From assembly GCF_042660085.1 (NCBI RefSeq), contig NZ_JBHSTI010000008.1, positions 750,001-782,000 of the forward strand: DNA of 32,000 nt, in the 5' to 3' direction. The translations under genes were made by a program, and so were the position numbers. This stretch comes from Longivirga aurantiaca. Its GTDB lineage: Bacteria > Actinomycetota > Actinomycetes > S36-B12 > CAIYMF01. The notes beneath the pieces were generated by a model, which was given only the letters and a program-made list of their open reading frames with translations, ran no database searches and had not been told where the DNA came from. Positions within the stretch are counted from its first letter, which is position 1. Each line of letters opens with the position of its first letter. This document shows positions 7,660 to 21,943 of this stretch, piece by piece.

Positions 7660-9026
7660 GCGGCAGCAGCGCCGGCGAGATCCTCCTGCAGGACCCGTAC
7701 CACCCCTACGCCGTCCGGTTCCTCGAGCTCGCGGGCGGGCGCGGGCTGCGCGCCGTGTGCCTGTACACCGACGCCGCGGACATGGTGCGCAACATCCGGA
7801 AGTTCCCGGCGCTCGCCGGGCCGCTCGTGTCGGCGAGCTACCTCGTCGAGGGCCGTTCGCTCGAGGACATGGCCGCCCACCTGCGCGGGCACCACAGCAT
7901 CCAGGCAGTCGTGCCCCACATGGAGCCGACCGTCCTGCCTCTGGGGCGGATCGCCGAGCTGCTCGACCTGCCGTGGGCGCAGCCGGGCGTGCTCGAGCGG
8001 TTCCGCGACAAGTTCGCGCTGAAGTCCTACCTCCGCTCGGTGCCCGACGGCCCGCGCATCAACTCGATCGCGTCGGTGACGACGGGCGACGACGTACGCC
8101 GTGCGATCGCGACCGGCGACTTCGCGCGGTTCGTCCTCAAGCCGAACGACGGCTTCGGCAACACCACCATCGGCTTCTTCGACGCCGACGGCGACCCCGC
8201 CGAGCTCGAGCGCTACCTCTCCGACCGGGCGGGTGCCCGGCTGCTCATGGAGGAGTACATCGGCGGCGAGGAGTACTTCGTCGACGGTCAGGTGGACGCC
8301 GATGGCGAGGTGGAGAGCTTCGCCGTGTGGAAGTACCGCCGCCGCGACCTCAACGGCCGCAGGGCCGTCTCGGTGGGCGACATCGCCGTGCCCACGACCG
8401 ACCCCGACTTCGGCGCGATCGTCGACTACACCGCACGCGTGATGCAGGCCTCGGGCCTGCGCAGCAGCCCGTTCCACCTCGAGCTCAAGGTGGACGACGC
8501 CGGCCCCTGCCTGATCGAGGTCGGAGCTCGCCTGGTGGGGGGCGACCTCGCCGAGTTCGACCCGCTGCTGCACGGCTCGCTCGACATGATGGCGGTCGCG
8601 CTGCACTACTACCTGGGCGAGACCGGGCACCTCGAGAGCAACCTCGACTGGGAGCACTACGACCGCAACCGGCTGGGCACGGTCAACGGCATCTCGACCA
8701 CGACGGGCCTGGTCTACGAGATCGACGGCCTGGACGAGGTCGAGGCGCGGCCCGACTTCGTGGCCTGGGCGCAGCGCCCCAGGATCGGCGCCCGGCTGAC
8801 TCCGACGGTCGACCTCCTCAACCGTCCGTGGCGCGCGGTCGTCCGGGTGGGGTCCGACGCCGACTACGACCGGATCGCGTCCGAGCTGCACGCCGGCCTG
8901 CGGCTCAACGACTCCTCGACCGGGGCGAGAAGGCTCGTCCGTCGGGGGCTCGGCTACGGCCCCCTCGTGCGGTCCCGGCTCGAGCGCATGCGACGTCCCC
9001 CCACGTTCGTGGTGCCGCTGCCCTGA
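7656..9026 (+). CDS. ATP-grasp domain-containing protein (2nd of pair; biotin-carboxylase/L-amino-acid-ligase-like)
   Basis: GTG start overlaps the upstream stop (GTGA, 7656-7659). Motifs: VVPHMEPTVLPLGRIAELL, FRDKFALKSYLR, FVLKPNDGFGNTTIGFF, LMEEYIGGEEYFVDG, PFHLELKVDDAGPCLIEVGARLVGGDL. The upstream part of ORF 6480..9026 is spurious. Confidence 0.88.
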   Translation: MSGSSAGEILLQDPYHPYAVRFLELAGGRGLRAVCLYTDAADMVRNIRKFPALAGPLVSASYLVEGRSLEDMAAHLRGHHSIQAVVPHMEPTVLPLGRIAELLDLPWAQPGVLERFRDKFALKSYLRSVPDGPRINSIASVTTGDDVRRAIATGDFARFVLKPNDGFGNTTIGFFDADGDPAELERYLSDRAGARLLMEEYIGGEEYFVDGQVDADGEVESFAVWKYRRRDLNGRRAVSVGDIAVPTTDPDFGAIVDYTARVMQASGLRSSPFHLELKVDDAGPCLIEVGARLVGGDLAEFDPLLHGSLDMMAVALHYYLGETGHLESNLDWEHYDRNRLGTVNGISTTTGLVYEIDGLDEVEARPDFVAWAQRPRIGARLTPTVDLLNRPWRAVVRVGSDADYDRIASELHAGLRLNDSSTGARRLVRRGLGYGPLVRSRLERMRRPPTFVVPLP

Positions 9027-9082
9027 CCCGTTCCGGCGGGGCGGTTTCGTCCGGCCGGGGTCGATGGCGCAAGATGGTCTGC

Positions 9083-9096
9083 CCGTCGTACGACGG
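9083..9096. promoter_or_regulatory. 14-bp perfect palindrome CCGTCGTACGACGG upstream of helicase gene
   Basis: Direct reading; ends 20 nt before the ATG at 9117. Confidence 0.35.
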
Positions 9097-9116
9097 CACC
9101 GACCGGACGAAGGACC

Positions 9117-11354
9117 ATGCAGGGTCATCCCGACACCGTCGAGGAGCAGGCGCACCTCGACGAGGCCTACAGCAGGCTCGACGCGCTGCGCGCGCTCTCG
9201 CGCGCCCGGCTGGCCTCGACGATGGCGCAGGGCTCGAGCGGCACGCACCAGAACCGTTCCGAGCGCGACTCCTTCGTCTCGATGTACACCGACCGGCTCG
9301 CGGCCCTGGAGTCCGTGGAGGCGCGGCTGCTGTTCGGCCGGCTCGACACCGCCACCGGTCCCACCTGGATCGGGCGCATCGGCCTCACCGACGAGTCGCA
9401 GAAGGTGCTGCAGATCGACTGGCGCGCACCGGCGGCGGCGCCGTTCTACCAGGCGACGGCGGCCAGCCCGCAGGGCGTCGTACGCCGTCGGCACATCACC
9501 ACCGAGGACCGCCGCGTGGTGGGGCTCTCCGACGAGGTGCTCGACCCCGACCTCGTCGACCCGGACGCCGTCGACTCCGGCAGCGACTCCGCGCTGCTCG
9601 CAGCGCTGGGGGCGGCCCGCACCGGTCGCATGGGCGACATCGTGGCCACCATCCAGGCCGAGCAGGACCGCATCATCCGCTCGGGCGCCAAGGGTGCTCT
9701 GGTCGTGCAGGGCGGGCCCGGCACGGGCAAGACGGCCGTGGCCCTGCACCGCGCGGCCTACCTGCTCTACACGCACCGCGACCGGCTCGAGCAGTCCGGC
9801 GTGCTCGTGCTCGGCCCGACGGGCGTCTTCCTGCGCTACGTCGAGGCCGTGCTGCCCTCGCTCGGCGAGACCGGCGTGGTGCTGTCGTCGATCGCCGAGC
9901 TGATCCCCGGCGTCACCCCGACCACGCGCGATCGCGACCACGTCGCGCTCGTGAAGGGCGACTCGGTCATGGTCACGGTGCTCGCGAACGCCGTGCGTGC
10001 CCGTCAGCGCGTGCCGAAGCAGGGCGTCACCATGCGCGTCGGCGACACCGACGTGCACCTGTCGGCCGGCACGATCGCGCAGTCGGGCCGCGAGGCGCGG
10101 CGCGACAACGACACGCACAACGGCGCACGCATCGCGTTCCTCACCCACGCGCTCAACCAGTCGGCCACCCGTCTCGCGCGCAGGCGCAAGCTCGATCCGG
10201 GCGACGCCTACGTGCGCGAGGACCTGCTCGAGGAGCTGCGCGACACCAAGGCCGTCCGCCGCGAGCTCAACCTGCTCTGGATGCCGCTCACGCCGCAGCG
10301 CGTGCTGCGCGACCTCTTCGCCAAGCCCGACGTGCTCGGCGAGGCGGCGGGCGGCCTGCTGACCCGTGACCAGCAGCGCCTGCTGCTGCGCGACGCCGAC
10401 TCCGACTTCACGGTCGACGACGTGCCCCTGCTCGACGAGCTCGCCGAGCTGCTCGGCGACGACGCCGTGGCCAGCACGGCCGACCGGGCCCGCGAGGCGG
10501 CGGCCGAGGCGCGCGCGGCGGCGTACGCGCAGAGCGTGCTCGACGCGACCGAGGGCATGGACGACGGCGGTCTCGACGCGATCGCGTCGATGGTGTCGGG
10601 TGCCGACGTCGCAGCCCGCTACGCCGACACCGGCCCCTCGCTCACGCTGGCCGAGCGGGCGTCGTCCGACCGCGAGTGGGCCTACGGCCACGTGGTGGTC
10701 GACGAGGCGCAGGAGCTCTCGCCGATGGCGTGGCGAGCGGTGGCGCGGCGCTGCCCGTCGCGGTCGATGACGGTGGTCGGAGACCTCGCGCAGACCTCGA
10801 GCGGCTCGGGCGCCCGGTCGTGGGCCGAGGCCCTCGACGAGGTGACGCGCGGCGTCTGGCGCGTCGAGGAGCTCACGATCAACTACCGCACGCCGGCCCG
10901 CATCGCGCGCGTGGCCGACCGCGTGCTGGCCGCGATGGATCGCGACGTCACCGCGCCGACCGCCGTGCGCGAGGGCGACCACGACCCCAGCGACCGTCTG
11001 GTGACCGACCTCCCGGCCGCGGTGCTCGACGTCGTGCGCGGGTACGTCGCCGAGCCCGGCCGCTCGGTCGTCATCGCGCCGCCCGACCTCGTCGCGTCGC
11101 TCTTGGACTCCCTGCGTGAGGCGGGCATCGACGTGGCCGCCGGCGCCCGTGGCCTCGATGCCGCGGTCGGCGTCATGACACCCACGCAGGTGAAGGGCCT
11201 CGAGTTCGACCACGTGCTCGTCGTCGAGCCGGGCGTGGTGGGGGCGGGCGCCAGCGGCCTCGCCGACCTCTACGTGGCGCTCACCCGTGCCACGTCGCGC
11301 CTCGACCTCGTGCGCACCGGCGACCTCCCGCCGTGCCTGCTCGGCGCCTTCTGA
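9117..11354 (+). CDS. helR: UvrD/Rep-like SF1 ATPase of the HelD/HelR family (RNA polymerase-associated)
   Basis: N-terminal coiled-coil region; IDWRAPAAAPFYQAT; Walker A QGGPGTGKTAVALHRAAYLLY; GPTGVFLRYVEAVLPSLGE; VVVDEAQELSPMAWRAVARR; VGDLAQTSS; TINYRTPARIARVAD; VTPTQVKGLEFDHVLVVEPG; YVALTRATSRLDLV. Confidence 0.85.
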   Translation: MQGHPDTVEEQAHLDEAYSRLDALRALSRARLASTMAQGSSGTHQNRSERDSFVSMYTDRLAALESVEARLLFGRLDTATGPTWIGRIGLTDESQKVLQIDWRAPAAAPFYQATAASPQGVVRRRHITTEDRRVVGLSDEVLDPDLVDPDAVDSGSDSALLAALGAARTGRMGDIVATIQAEQDRIIRSGAKGALVVQGGPGTGKTAVALHRAAYLLYTHRDRLEQSGVLVLGPTGVFLRYVEAVLPSLGETGVVLSSIAELIPGVTPTTRDRDHVALVKGDSVMVTVLANAVRARQRVPKQGVTMRVGDTDVHLSAGTIAQSGREARRDNDTHNGARIAFLTHALNQSATRLARRRKLDPGDAYVREDLLEELRDTKAVRRELNLLWMPLTPQRVLRDLFAKPDVLGEAAGGLLTRDQQRLLLRDADSDFTVDDVPLLDELAELLGDDAVASTADRAREAAAEARAAAYAQSVLDATEGMDDGGLDAIASMVSGADVAARYADTGPSLTLAERASSDREWAYGHVVVDEAQELSPMAWRAVARRCPSRSMTVVGDLAQTSSGSGARSWAEALDEVTRGVWRVEELTINYRTPARIARVADRVLAAMDRDVTAPTAVREGDHDPSDRLVTDLPAAVLDVVRGYVAEPGRSVVIAPPDLVASLLDSLREAGIDVAAGARGLDAAVGVMTPTQVKGLEFDHVLVVEPGVVGAGASGLADLYVALTRATSRLDLVRTGDLPPCLLGAF

Positions 11355-11355
11355 C

Positions 11356-11405
11356 GATTCGGTAGTGGTTTCTCGCGCCAGGCTGCGAGAAACCACTACC
11401 GAATC
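11356..11405. repeat. Perfect 21-bp-arm inverted repeat (hairpin), 8-nt loop
   Basis: GATTCGGTAGTGGTTTCTCGC / gccaggct / GCGAGAAACCACTACCGAATC; begins 1 nt after the helicase stop. Confidence 0.9.
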
Positions 11406-11468
11406 CGGGCAGGTCACGATCCGGCGACCGGCACGGCGTCCGGCCCTGAGGGCTGCTGCACTCGGGCC

Positions 11469-11981
11469 ATGGGGGACCAGCGCGCGCGCCGTCGTCGTAC
11501 GGCGGGGTCGCTCGCCTTCGTCGTCCTCGTGACCAGCCTCGTCACGGGCCTCTTCGTGCCCGCGGCCCGCGCGAGCTGTGCAGGACCGACCATCGCGGTC
11601 GGTCCGGCCGGGACGAGCCCGTCGCCGAGCGTGGCCGGAACGGCGTCCACGGAGTCCGTGCTCGACGCGGCCGCTGGCGAGGCGCTCTCGGTCACCGGCA
11701 CGTACTTCCTCGACGGCTGCGACGACACCGTGTCGTGCTCGGCCGGGTGCGGCGGCTGCCAGAGCGCGTACCCGGCCGGGCCGTTGGAGGACGTGCAGCT
11801 CGTGCTCGTCACCTCGGCGGGGGAGACGGTGCTCGGCGAGCAGGACGCCGAGGGGGATGCCGGCGAGATCCGGTGGGACGTGGCCGTCCCGTCCGGGGCT
11901 CCACCGGGCCCGGCGACGCTCGAGGCGCGGCACGCGCAGTACACGGACCCGCTGGTGCGCGTGCCGATCACCCTCACCTGA
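11469..11981 (+). CDS. Secreted Cys-containing hypothetical protein
   Basis: RRRRTAGSLAFVVLVTSLVTGLFVPAARA|SCAGPT signal peptide; mature part with CDDTVSCSAGCGGCQ and a beta-rich C-terminus. Confidence 0.7.
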   Translation: MGDQRARRRRTAGSLAFVVLVTSLVTGLFVPAARASCAGPTIAVGPAGTSPSPSVAGTASTESVLDAAAGEALSVTGTYFLDGCDDTVSCSAGCGGCQSAYPAGPLEDVQLVLVTSAGETVLGEQDAEGDAGEIRWDVAVPSGAPPGPATLEARHAQYTDPLVRVPITLT

Positions 11982-12008
11982 ATCTTGACTAGGTCCAGAA
12001 AAGGGTGG
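11981..12008 (+). promoter_or_regulatory. Candidate furA promoter/FurA operator: AATCTTGACTAGGTCCAGAAAAGGGTGG
   Basis: AT-rich element with TTGACT (11985-11990) directly upstream of fur in a GC-rich background; position matches actinobacterial furA-katG autoregulation. Confidence 0.5.
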
Positions 12009-12019
12009 AGAGTCGGGGC

Positions 12020-14702
<2,683 letters not shown>

Positions 14703-14713
14703 CCTCCCGCTGA

Positions 14714-14754
14714 ACGAGCAGGGCCCCCGGCGTGATGCCGGGGGCCCTGCTCGT
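14714..14754. terminator. Bidirectional intrinsic terminator between convergent katG and glgB
   Basis: ACGAGCAGGGCCCCCGGC / gtgat / GCCGGGGGCCCTGCTCGT: 18-bp perfect arms, 5-nt loop. Confidence 0.85.
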
Positions 14755-14765
14755 CGCTGACCGGG

Positions 14766-17033
<2,268 letters not shown>

Positions 17034-17034
17034 G

Positions 17035-19155
17035 TCACACCGCTCCGGCTCGGACATGGATCACGTGGGCCACCTGGACGTGCGGGTCGAGGCGGACGTA
17101 CGGGTGCTGGCCCCACACGTACGTGGCACCACTGATGAGGTCGCGCGCTGCGAACTGGTCGCCCCAGCCGAGGCCGAGGGCGGGCAGGTCGAGCGAGAGC
17201 ACGCCCTCGCGCACACCGTACGGGTCCAGCGTGCACACCACGAGCACGACGTCGTCGCCCTCGCGCTTGCTGTAGACGACGAGCTTGTCGTTGTCGCAGT
17301 GGTGGAAGTGCAGGTTGCGCAGCCGTCGCAGCGACGGGTGCGAGCTGCGCAGCGCGTTGAGCTGCCCGAGGTACGGCGCGAGCGTGACGCCGGAGGCGTC
17401 CGCGGCCGCCCAGTCGCGCGGCTTGTACTCGTACTTCTCGGAGTCGAGGTACTCCTCGCGCCCGGGCGCGACCGGCACGTGCTCGTAGAGCTCGAACCCG
17501 GCGTACACGCCCCAGGTGGGCGAGAGCGTGGCGGCCAGGGTCGCGCGGATCGCGAAGGCCGGCGGTCCGCCGTACTGCAGGAACGTGGGGAGGATGTCGG
17601 GCGTGTTGACGAACGCGTTCGGCCGCATCGAGGCGGCGAGCGGGCCCGACAGCTCGCGGAAGTACTCCTCGATCTCCCACTTGTCGTTGCGCCACGTGAA
17701 GTAGGTGTACGACTGCTGGAAGCCGACCTCGCCGAGCAGCTTCATCATCGCGGGCTTGGTGAACGCCTCCGCCAGGAAGATGACGTCCGGATCGGTGGCG
17801 TTGATGCTGCCGAACAGCCGCTCCCAGAAGTGCACGGGCTTGGTGTGCGGGTTGTCGACGCGGAAGATGCGGACGCCCTCGGCCATCCAGTGCCGCAGGA
17901 TGCGGTCGCACTCGGCCAGGATGCCGTCGAAGTCGTCGTCGAAGTAGACGGGGTAGATGTCCTGGTACTTCTTGGGCGGGTTCTCGGCGTACGCGATCGT
18001 GCCGTCGGCGCGGTGCGCGAACCAGTTCGGGTGCTCGGTGACCCACGGGTGGTCCGGGGAGCACTGGAGGGCGAAGTCGAGGGCGATCTCGATGCCGAGC
18101 TCGGCGGCGCGGCCGACGAAGTAGCGGAAGTCGTCGATCGTGCCGAGGTCCGGGTGGATCGCGTCGTGGCCGCCTGCGGCCGAGCCGATGCCCCACGGCA
18201 CGCCGGGGTCGTCCGGGCCCGGGTCGAGGGTGTTGTTGCGGCCCTTGCGGTTGGTGAACCCGACCGGGTGGATCGGCGGCAGGTAGAGGACGTCGAAGCC
18301 CATCGCCGCCACGGCCGGCAGCCGCTCGGCCGCCGTACGGAACGTGCCGGACCGCACCGGGTCGAGGGTGGCCCCCTCCGAGCGCGGGAAGAACTCGTAC
18401 CAGGAGCCGAAGAGCGCGCGCTCGCGCTCGACGAGCACGGGCACCTGCGTCGAGGGGGTGACGTGCTCGCGCAGGGGGTAGGCCTCGAGCAGCGCGGTGA
18501 CCGTGGGGTCGAGCGCGACGGCGAGGCGGGCGGGGCCGGGGCGCTCCGCGTCGCGCAGCGCGTGGACGGCGGCCTTGAGCGGGTCGCGCACCTTGCCGCG
18601 CGGGAGGCCCGCCATCGCCGTCTCGAGGACCCGGGCGCCCTCCTCGAGCTCGAGCTCGACGTCGAGACCCGCGGGCACCTTCACCTCGGCGCGGTGCCGC
18701 CAGGTCTCGACCGGGTCGCCCCAGGCCTCCACGACGTAGTGCCCGAGGCCCTCGGTGGTCGCGGTGACCTCGGCCTCCCACCGGTCGACCCCCACGTGGC
18801 GCATGGGGACGGCGGCGCTCGAGCCGTCGGCGCCGGTGAGCACCAGGGTGGCGGCGACGGCGTCGTGGCCCTCGCGGAAGACGGTGGCCCGCACGGTGAG
18901 GCGCTCGCCGACCACGGCCTTGACCGGGCGGGTGCCGAGCGCGACGACCGGGTCGAGGTCCTCGACGGGGTAGCGGCCGACGCTGGCGGGGCGCAGCGGC
19001 GCGGCCGGAGCCGCCGGGGCGGCGGCCTTCCCGGGTGCCTGGGCGCCCTTGGCGGCGGGTCTCGGGCGCGCGGCGGGCGTGCTCGTACGGTCAGGGGCGC
19101 TGGGAGACGTCGACTTCTGGGGTTCTCCGGTCGACGTACGACGGCGAGGCGGCAT
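17035..19155 (-). CDS. glgE: Alpha-1,4-glucan:maltose-1-phosphate maltosyltransferase GlgE
   Basis: [99 protein letters not shown]; one nt before the glgB start. Confidence 0.95.
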   Translation of the reverse strand: MPPRRRTSTGEPQKSTSPSAPDRTSTPAARPRPAAKGAQAPGKAAAPAAPAAPLRPASVGRYPVEDLDPVVALGTRPVKAVVGERLTVRATVFREGHDAVAATLVLTGADGSSAAVPMRHVGVDRWEAEVTATTEGLGHYVVEAWGDPVETWRHRAEVKVPAGLDVELELEEGARVLETAMAGLPRGKVRDPLKAAVHALRDAERPGPARLAVALDPTVTALLEAYPLREHVTPSTQVPVLVERERALFGSWYEFFPRSEGATLDPVRSGTFRTAAERLPAVAAMGFDVLYLPPIHPVGFTNRKGRNNTLDPGPDDPGVPWGIGSAAGGHDAIHPDLGTIDDFRYFVGRAAELGIEIALDFALQCSPDHPWVTEHPNWFAHRADGTIAYAENPPKKYQDIYPVYFDDDFDGILAECDRILRHWMAEGVRIFRVDNPHTKPVHFWERLFGSINATDPDVIFLAEAFTKPAMMKLLGEVGFQQSYTYFTWRNDKWEIEEYFRELSGPLAASMRPNAFVNTPDILPTFLQYGGPPAFAIRATLAATLSPTWGVYAGFELYEHVPVAPGREEYLDSEKYEYKPRDWAAADASGVTLAPYLGQLNALRSSHPSLRRLRNLHFHHCDNDKLVVYSKREGDDVVLVVCTLDPYGVREGVLSLDLPALGLGWGDQFAARDLISGATYVWGQHPYVRLDPHVQVAHVIHVRAGAV

Positions 19156-19268
19156 CACTCTGAGCCTAGCGACGTAACAGGACGTCACGAGATGTAAACC
19201 TCATGAACCCCCTTGTAACGGCAGGGCGGGTTGCCTCCTCGTAACAAAACCGCCCTATCGTGGAGCGG

Positions 19269-21860
19269 GTGAGAGCAATCCGACGGTTCACCGTCCGCAC
19301 AGTCCTGCCCGAAGCCCTCGAGCCGCTGGCCGCCGTCGCGGCCAACCTGCGGTGGTCGTGGAGCCCGGAGACCCAGGACCTCTTCGCCCGCATCGACCCC
19401 ACCCTCTGGGACGAGGTCGGCCATGACCCGGTACGCCTGCTCGGCGAGGTTCCCGCCTCCCGCTGGGCGGAGCTCGCCACCGACGAGGACTTCGTCGGGC
19501 ACGTGGGCTGGGTCGCCGACGGTCTCCAGACCTACCTGACCGGCGACCGCTGGTACCAGTCGCTCGGCGCGGACGCGCCGAAGGCGATCGCGTACTTCTC
19601 GCCGGAGTTCGGCATCACCGAGGTGCTGCCGCAGTACTCCGGCGGCCTGGGCATCCTCGCCGGCGACCACCTGAAGTCGGCGTCCGACCTCGGTGTGCCG
19701 ATCATCGGCGTCGGCCTGTTCTACCGGGCGGGCTACTTCCGCCAGTCGCTCTCGCTCGACGGCTGGCAGCAGGAGCAGTACCCCGTGCTCGACCCCGACG
19801 GCCTGCCGCTGTCGCTGCTGCGCGAGGCCGACGGGTCGCCCGTCGTCATCAAGATCGGCATCCCCGGAGGCCGCACCCTGCACGCGCACGTGTGGAAGGC
19901 CGACGTCGGCCGCGTGCCGATGCTCATGCTCGACTCCGACGTCGAGGAGAACGACCGCGCCGAGCGCGAGGTCACCGACCGCCTGTACGGCGGCGGCGGC
20001 GAGCACCGGCTCCAGCAGGAGCTGCTGCTCGGCGTCGGCGGCGTCCGTGCGCTCCGCGCGTACGCCCGCATCACCGGCGCCCCCGAGCCCGAGGTGTTCC
20101 ACACCAACGAGGGCCACGCCGGCTTCCTCGGCCTCGAGCGCATCCGTGAGCTCGTGCAGGCGCAGGGCCTCACCTTCGACGAGGCGCTGTCGGCAGCGCG
20201 TGCCGGCACGGTCTTCACCACGCACACCCCGGTGCCCGCGGGCATCGACCGCTTCGCCCGCACGCTGGTCGAGCAGTACTTCGGCGGGGACAACGCAGCG
20301 CCGGGCGTGCCCGTCGACCGCGTGCTCGCGCTCGGTGCCGAGGACTACGAGGGCGGCGACCCGACGGTCTTCAACATGGCCGTCATGGGCCTGCGCCTCG
20401 GCCAGCGCGCCAACGGCGTCTCGGTGCTGCACGGCGAGGTGAGCCGTGGCATGTTCTCCGGCCTCTGGCCGGGCTTCGACGAGGACGAGGTGCCGATCGG
20501 CTCGATCACCAACGGCGTGCACGCCCCGACGTGGGTGGCGCGCGAGGTGCGCGACCTGCTCGCGGCGATCGTCGGCCCCGAGGACGCCGAGGAGAGCCGC
20601 GGCTGGGAGGCGGCGACGCAGATCCCCGCCGCCGACCTCTGGTCGACCAAGCGCGTGCTGCGCGAGCGGCTCGTGCAGGACGTCCGCCGTCGCCTGCGCG
20701 CCTCGTGGGTGCAGCGCGGCGCGTCGGACGCCGAGCTCGGCTGGATCGACGACGTGCTCGACCCCGACGTGCTCACGATCGGCTTCGCCCGCCGTGTGCC
20801 GTCGTACAAGCGGCTCACGCTGATGCTGCGCGACCCCGCGCGTCTGAAGGCCCTGCTCCTGCACCCGGACCGCCCGGTGCAGCTGATCATCGCCGGCAAG
20901 TCGCACCCCGCGGACGACGGCGGCAAGAAGCTGATCCAGAAGCTCGTGCACTTCGCCGACGACCCCGAGGTCCGCCACCGCATCGTGTTCCTGCCCGACT
21001 ACGACATCGGCATGGCGCGCCTGCTCTACCCGGGCTGCGACGTCTGGCTCAACAACCCGCTGCGCCCGCTCGAGGCCTGCGGCACGTCGGGCATGAAGGC
21101 GGCGCTCAACGGCGGCCTCAACCTGTCGATCCTCGACGGGTGGTGGGACGAGTGGTACGACGGTGAGAACGGCTGGGCCATCCCGACGGCCGACGGCGTC
21201 GTCGACGCCGACCGCCGTGACGACCTCGAGGCTTCCGCGCTCTACGACCTCGTGGAGAAGTCGGTCGCGTCGCGCTACTACGACCTCGACGCCTCGGGCC
21301 TGCCGATGCGCTGGATCACCATGCTCCAGCACACGCTCTCGACGCTGGGCCCGAAGGTCCTCGCCTCGCGCATGGTGCGCGACTACGTCAACAAGCTCTA
21401 CGCGCCGGCCGCCGTGTCGTCGCGCGAGGTGCTCGCCGGCAACGCGGCGCTCGCCAAGGACCTCGCGACGTACGAGGCCAAGGTGCGCAAGGCGTGGAGC
21501 GGCGTCCGCGTGGAGCACGTCGAGGCCTCGGGCGTCGGCGACTCCCCGGAGCGCGGCACCCAGCTCACCGTGCGCGCGTACGTCGCACTCGGCGACCTCA
21601 CGGGCGGCGACGTCGTGGTCGAGCTCGTGAGCGGCCGTGTCGACCACAACGACCGGATCGTCGAGTCGCGGCACACCGCGCTCGTCCCGGTCGAGGCGTA
21701 CGAGGCCAACCGGTGGCGCTACGAGATCAAGCTGGCGCTCGAGGACACCGGCCCGTTCGGCTACACCGTCCGCGTCCTGCCGACCCACGCCGGTCTGACG
21801 AACCCGTCCGAGCTCGGCCTGCAGGCCGTGCCCACCGTGGCGGCCGCCGAGTCCGCCTGA
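19269..21860 (+). CDS. glgP: Alpha-glucan (glycogen/maltodextrin) phosphorylase
   Basis: LEPLAAVAANLRWSWSPETQDLF; YFSPEFGITEVLPQYSGGLGILAGDHLKSASDLGVP; VFHTNEGHAGFLGLERI; NPLRPLEACGTSGMKAALNGGLNLSILDGWWDEWY (PLP region); GTG at 19269 preferred over 19260. Confidence 0.95.
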   Translation: MRAIRRFTVRTVLPEALEPLAAVAANLRWSWSPETQDLFARIDPTLWDEVGHDPVRLLGEVPASRWAELATDEDFVGHVGWVADGLQTYLTGDRWYQSLGADAPKAIAYFSPEFGITEVLPQYSGGLGILAGDHLKSASDLGVPIIGVGLFYRAGYFRQSLSLDGWQQEQYPVLDPDGLPLSLLREADGSPVVIKIGIPGGRTLHAHVWKADVGRVPMLMLDSDVEENDRAEREVTDRLYGGGGEHRLQQELLLGVGGVRALRAYARITGAPEPEVFHTNEGHAGFLGLERIRELVQAQGLTFDEALSAARAGTVFTTHTPVPAGIDRFARTLVEQYFGGDNAAPGVPVDRVLALGAEDYEGGDPTVFNMAVMGLRLGQRANGVSVLHGEVSRGMFSGLWPGFDEDEVPIGSITNGVHAPTWVAREVRDLLAAIVGPEDAEESRGWEAATQIPAADLWSTKRVLRERLVQDVRRRLRASWVQRGASDAELGWIDDVLDPDVLTIGFARRVPSYKRLTLMLRDPARLKALLLHPDRPVQLIIAGKSHPADDGGKKLIQKLVHFADDPEVRHRIVFLPDYDIGMARLLYPGCDVWLNNPLRPLEACGTSGMKAALNGGLNLSILDGWWDEWYDGENGWAIPTADGVVDADRRDDLEASALYDLVEKSVASRYYDLDASGLPMRWITMLQHTLSTLGPKVLASRMVRDYVNKLYAPAAVSSREVLAGNAALAKDLATYEAKVRKAWSGVRVEHVEASGVGDSPERGTQLTVRAYVALGDLTGGDVVVELVSGRVDHNDRIVESRHTALVPVEAYEANRWRYEIKLALEDTGPFGYTVRVLPTHAGLTNPSELGLQAVPTVAAAESA

Positions 21861-21891
21861 TCCACCCGCACTGCCCGTTCAGCAAGCACGA

Positions 21892-21927
21892 CGACGGCGC
21901 CGCCCCCGCGAGGGAGCGGCGCCGTCG
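21892..21927. terminator. Bidirectional terminator hairpin between glgP and the DUF1851-like gene
   Basis: CGACGGCGCCGC / ccccgcgaggga / GCGGCGCCGTCG, 12-bp perfect arms between convergent genes. Confidence 0.65.
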
Positions 21928-21943
21928 CCGTTGCACGCGGAGG

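Noticed and set aside
7407-11933. 1508-aa minus-strand ORF
   Set aside because: Antisense shadow of the ATP-grasp 2 and helicase genes; low-complexity Arg/Gly/Ala/His-rich translation with no domain; typical of high-GC genomes.
19185-21788. 867-aa minus-strand ORF over glgP
   Set aside because: Shadow ORF; glgP on the plus strand carries clear catalytic motifs.
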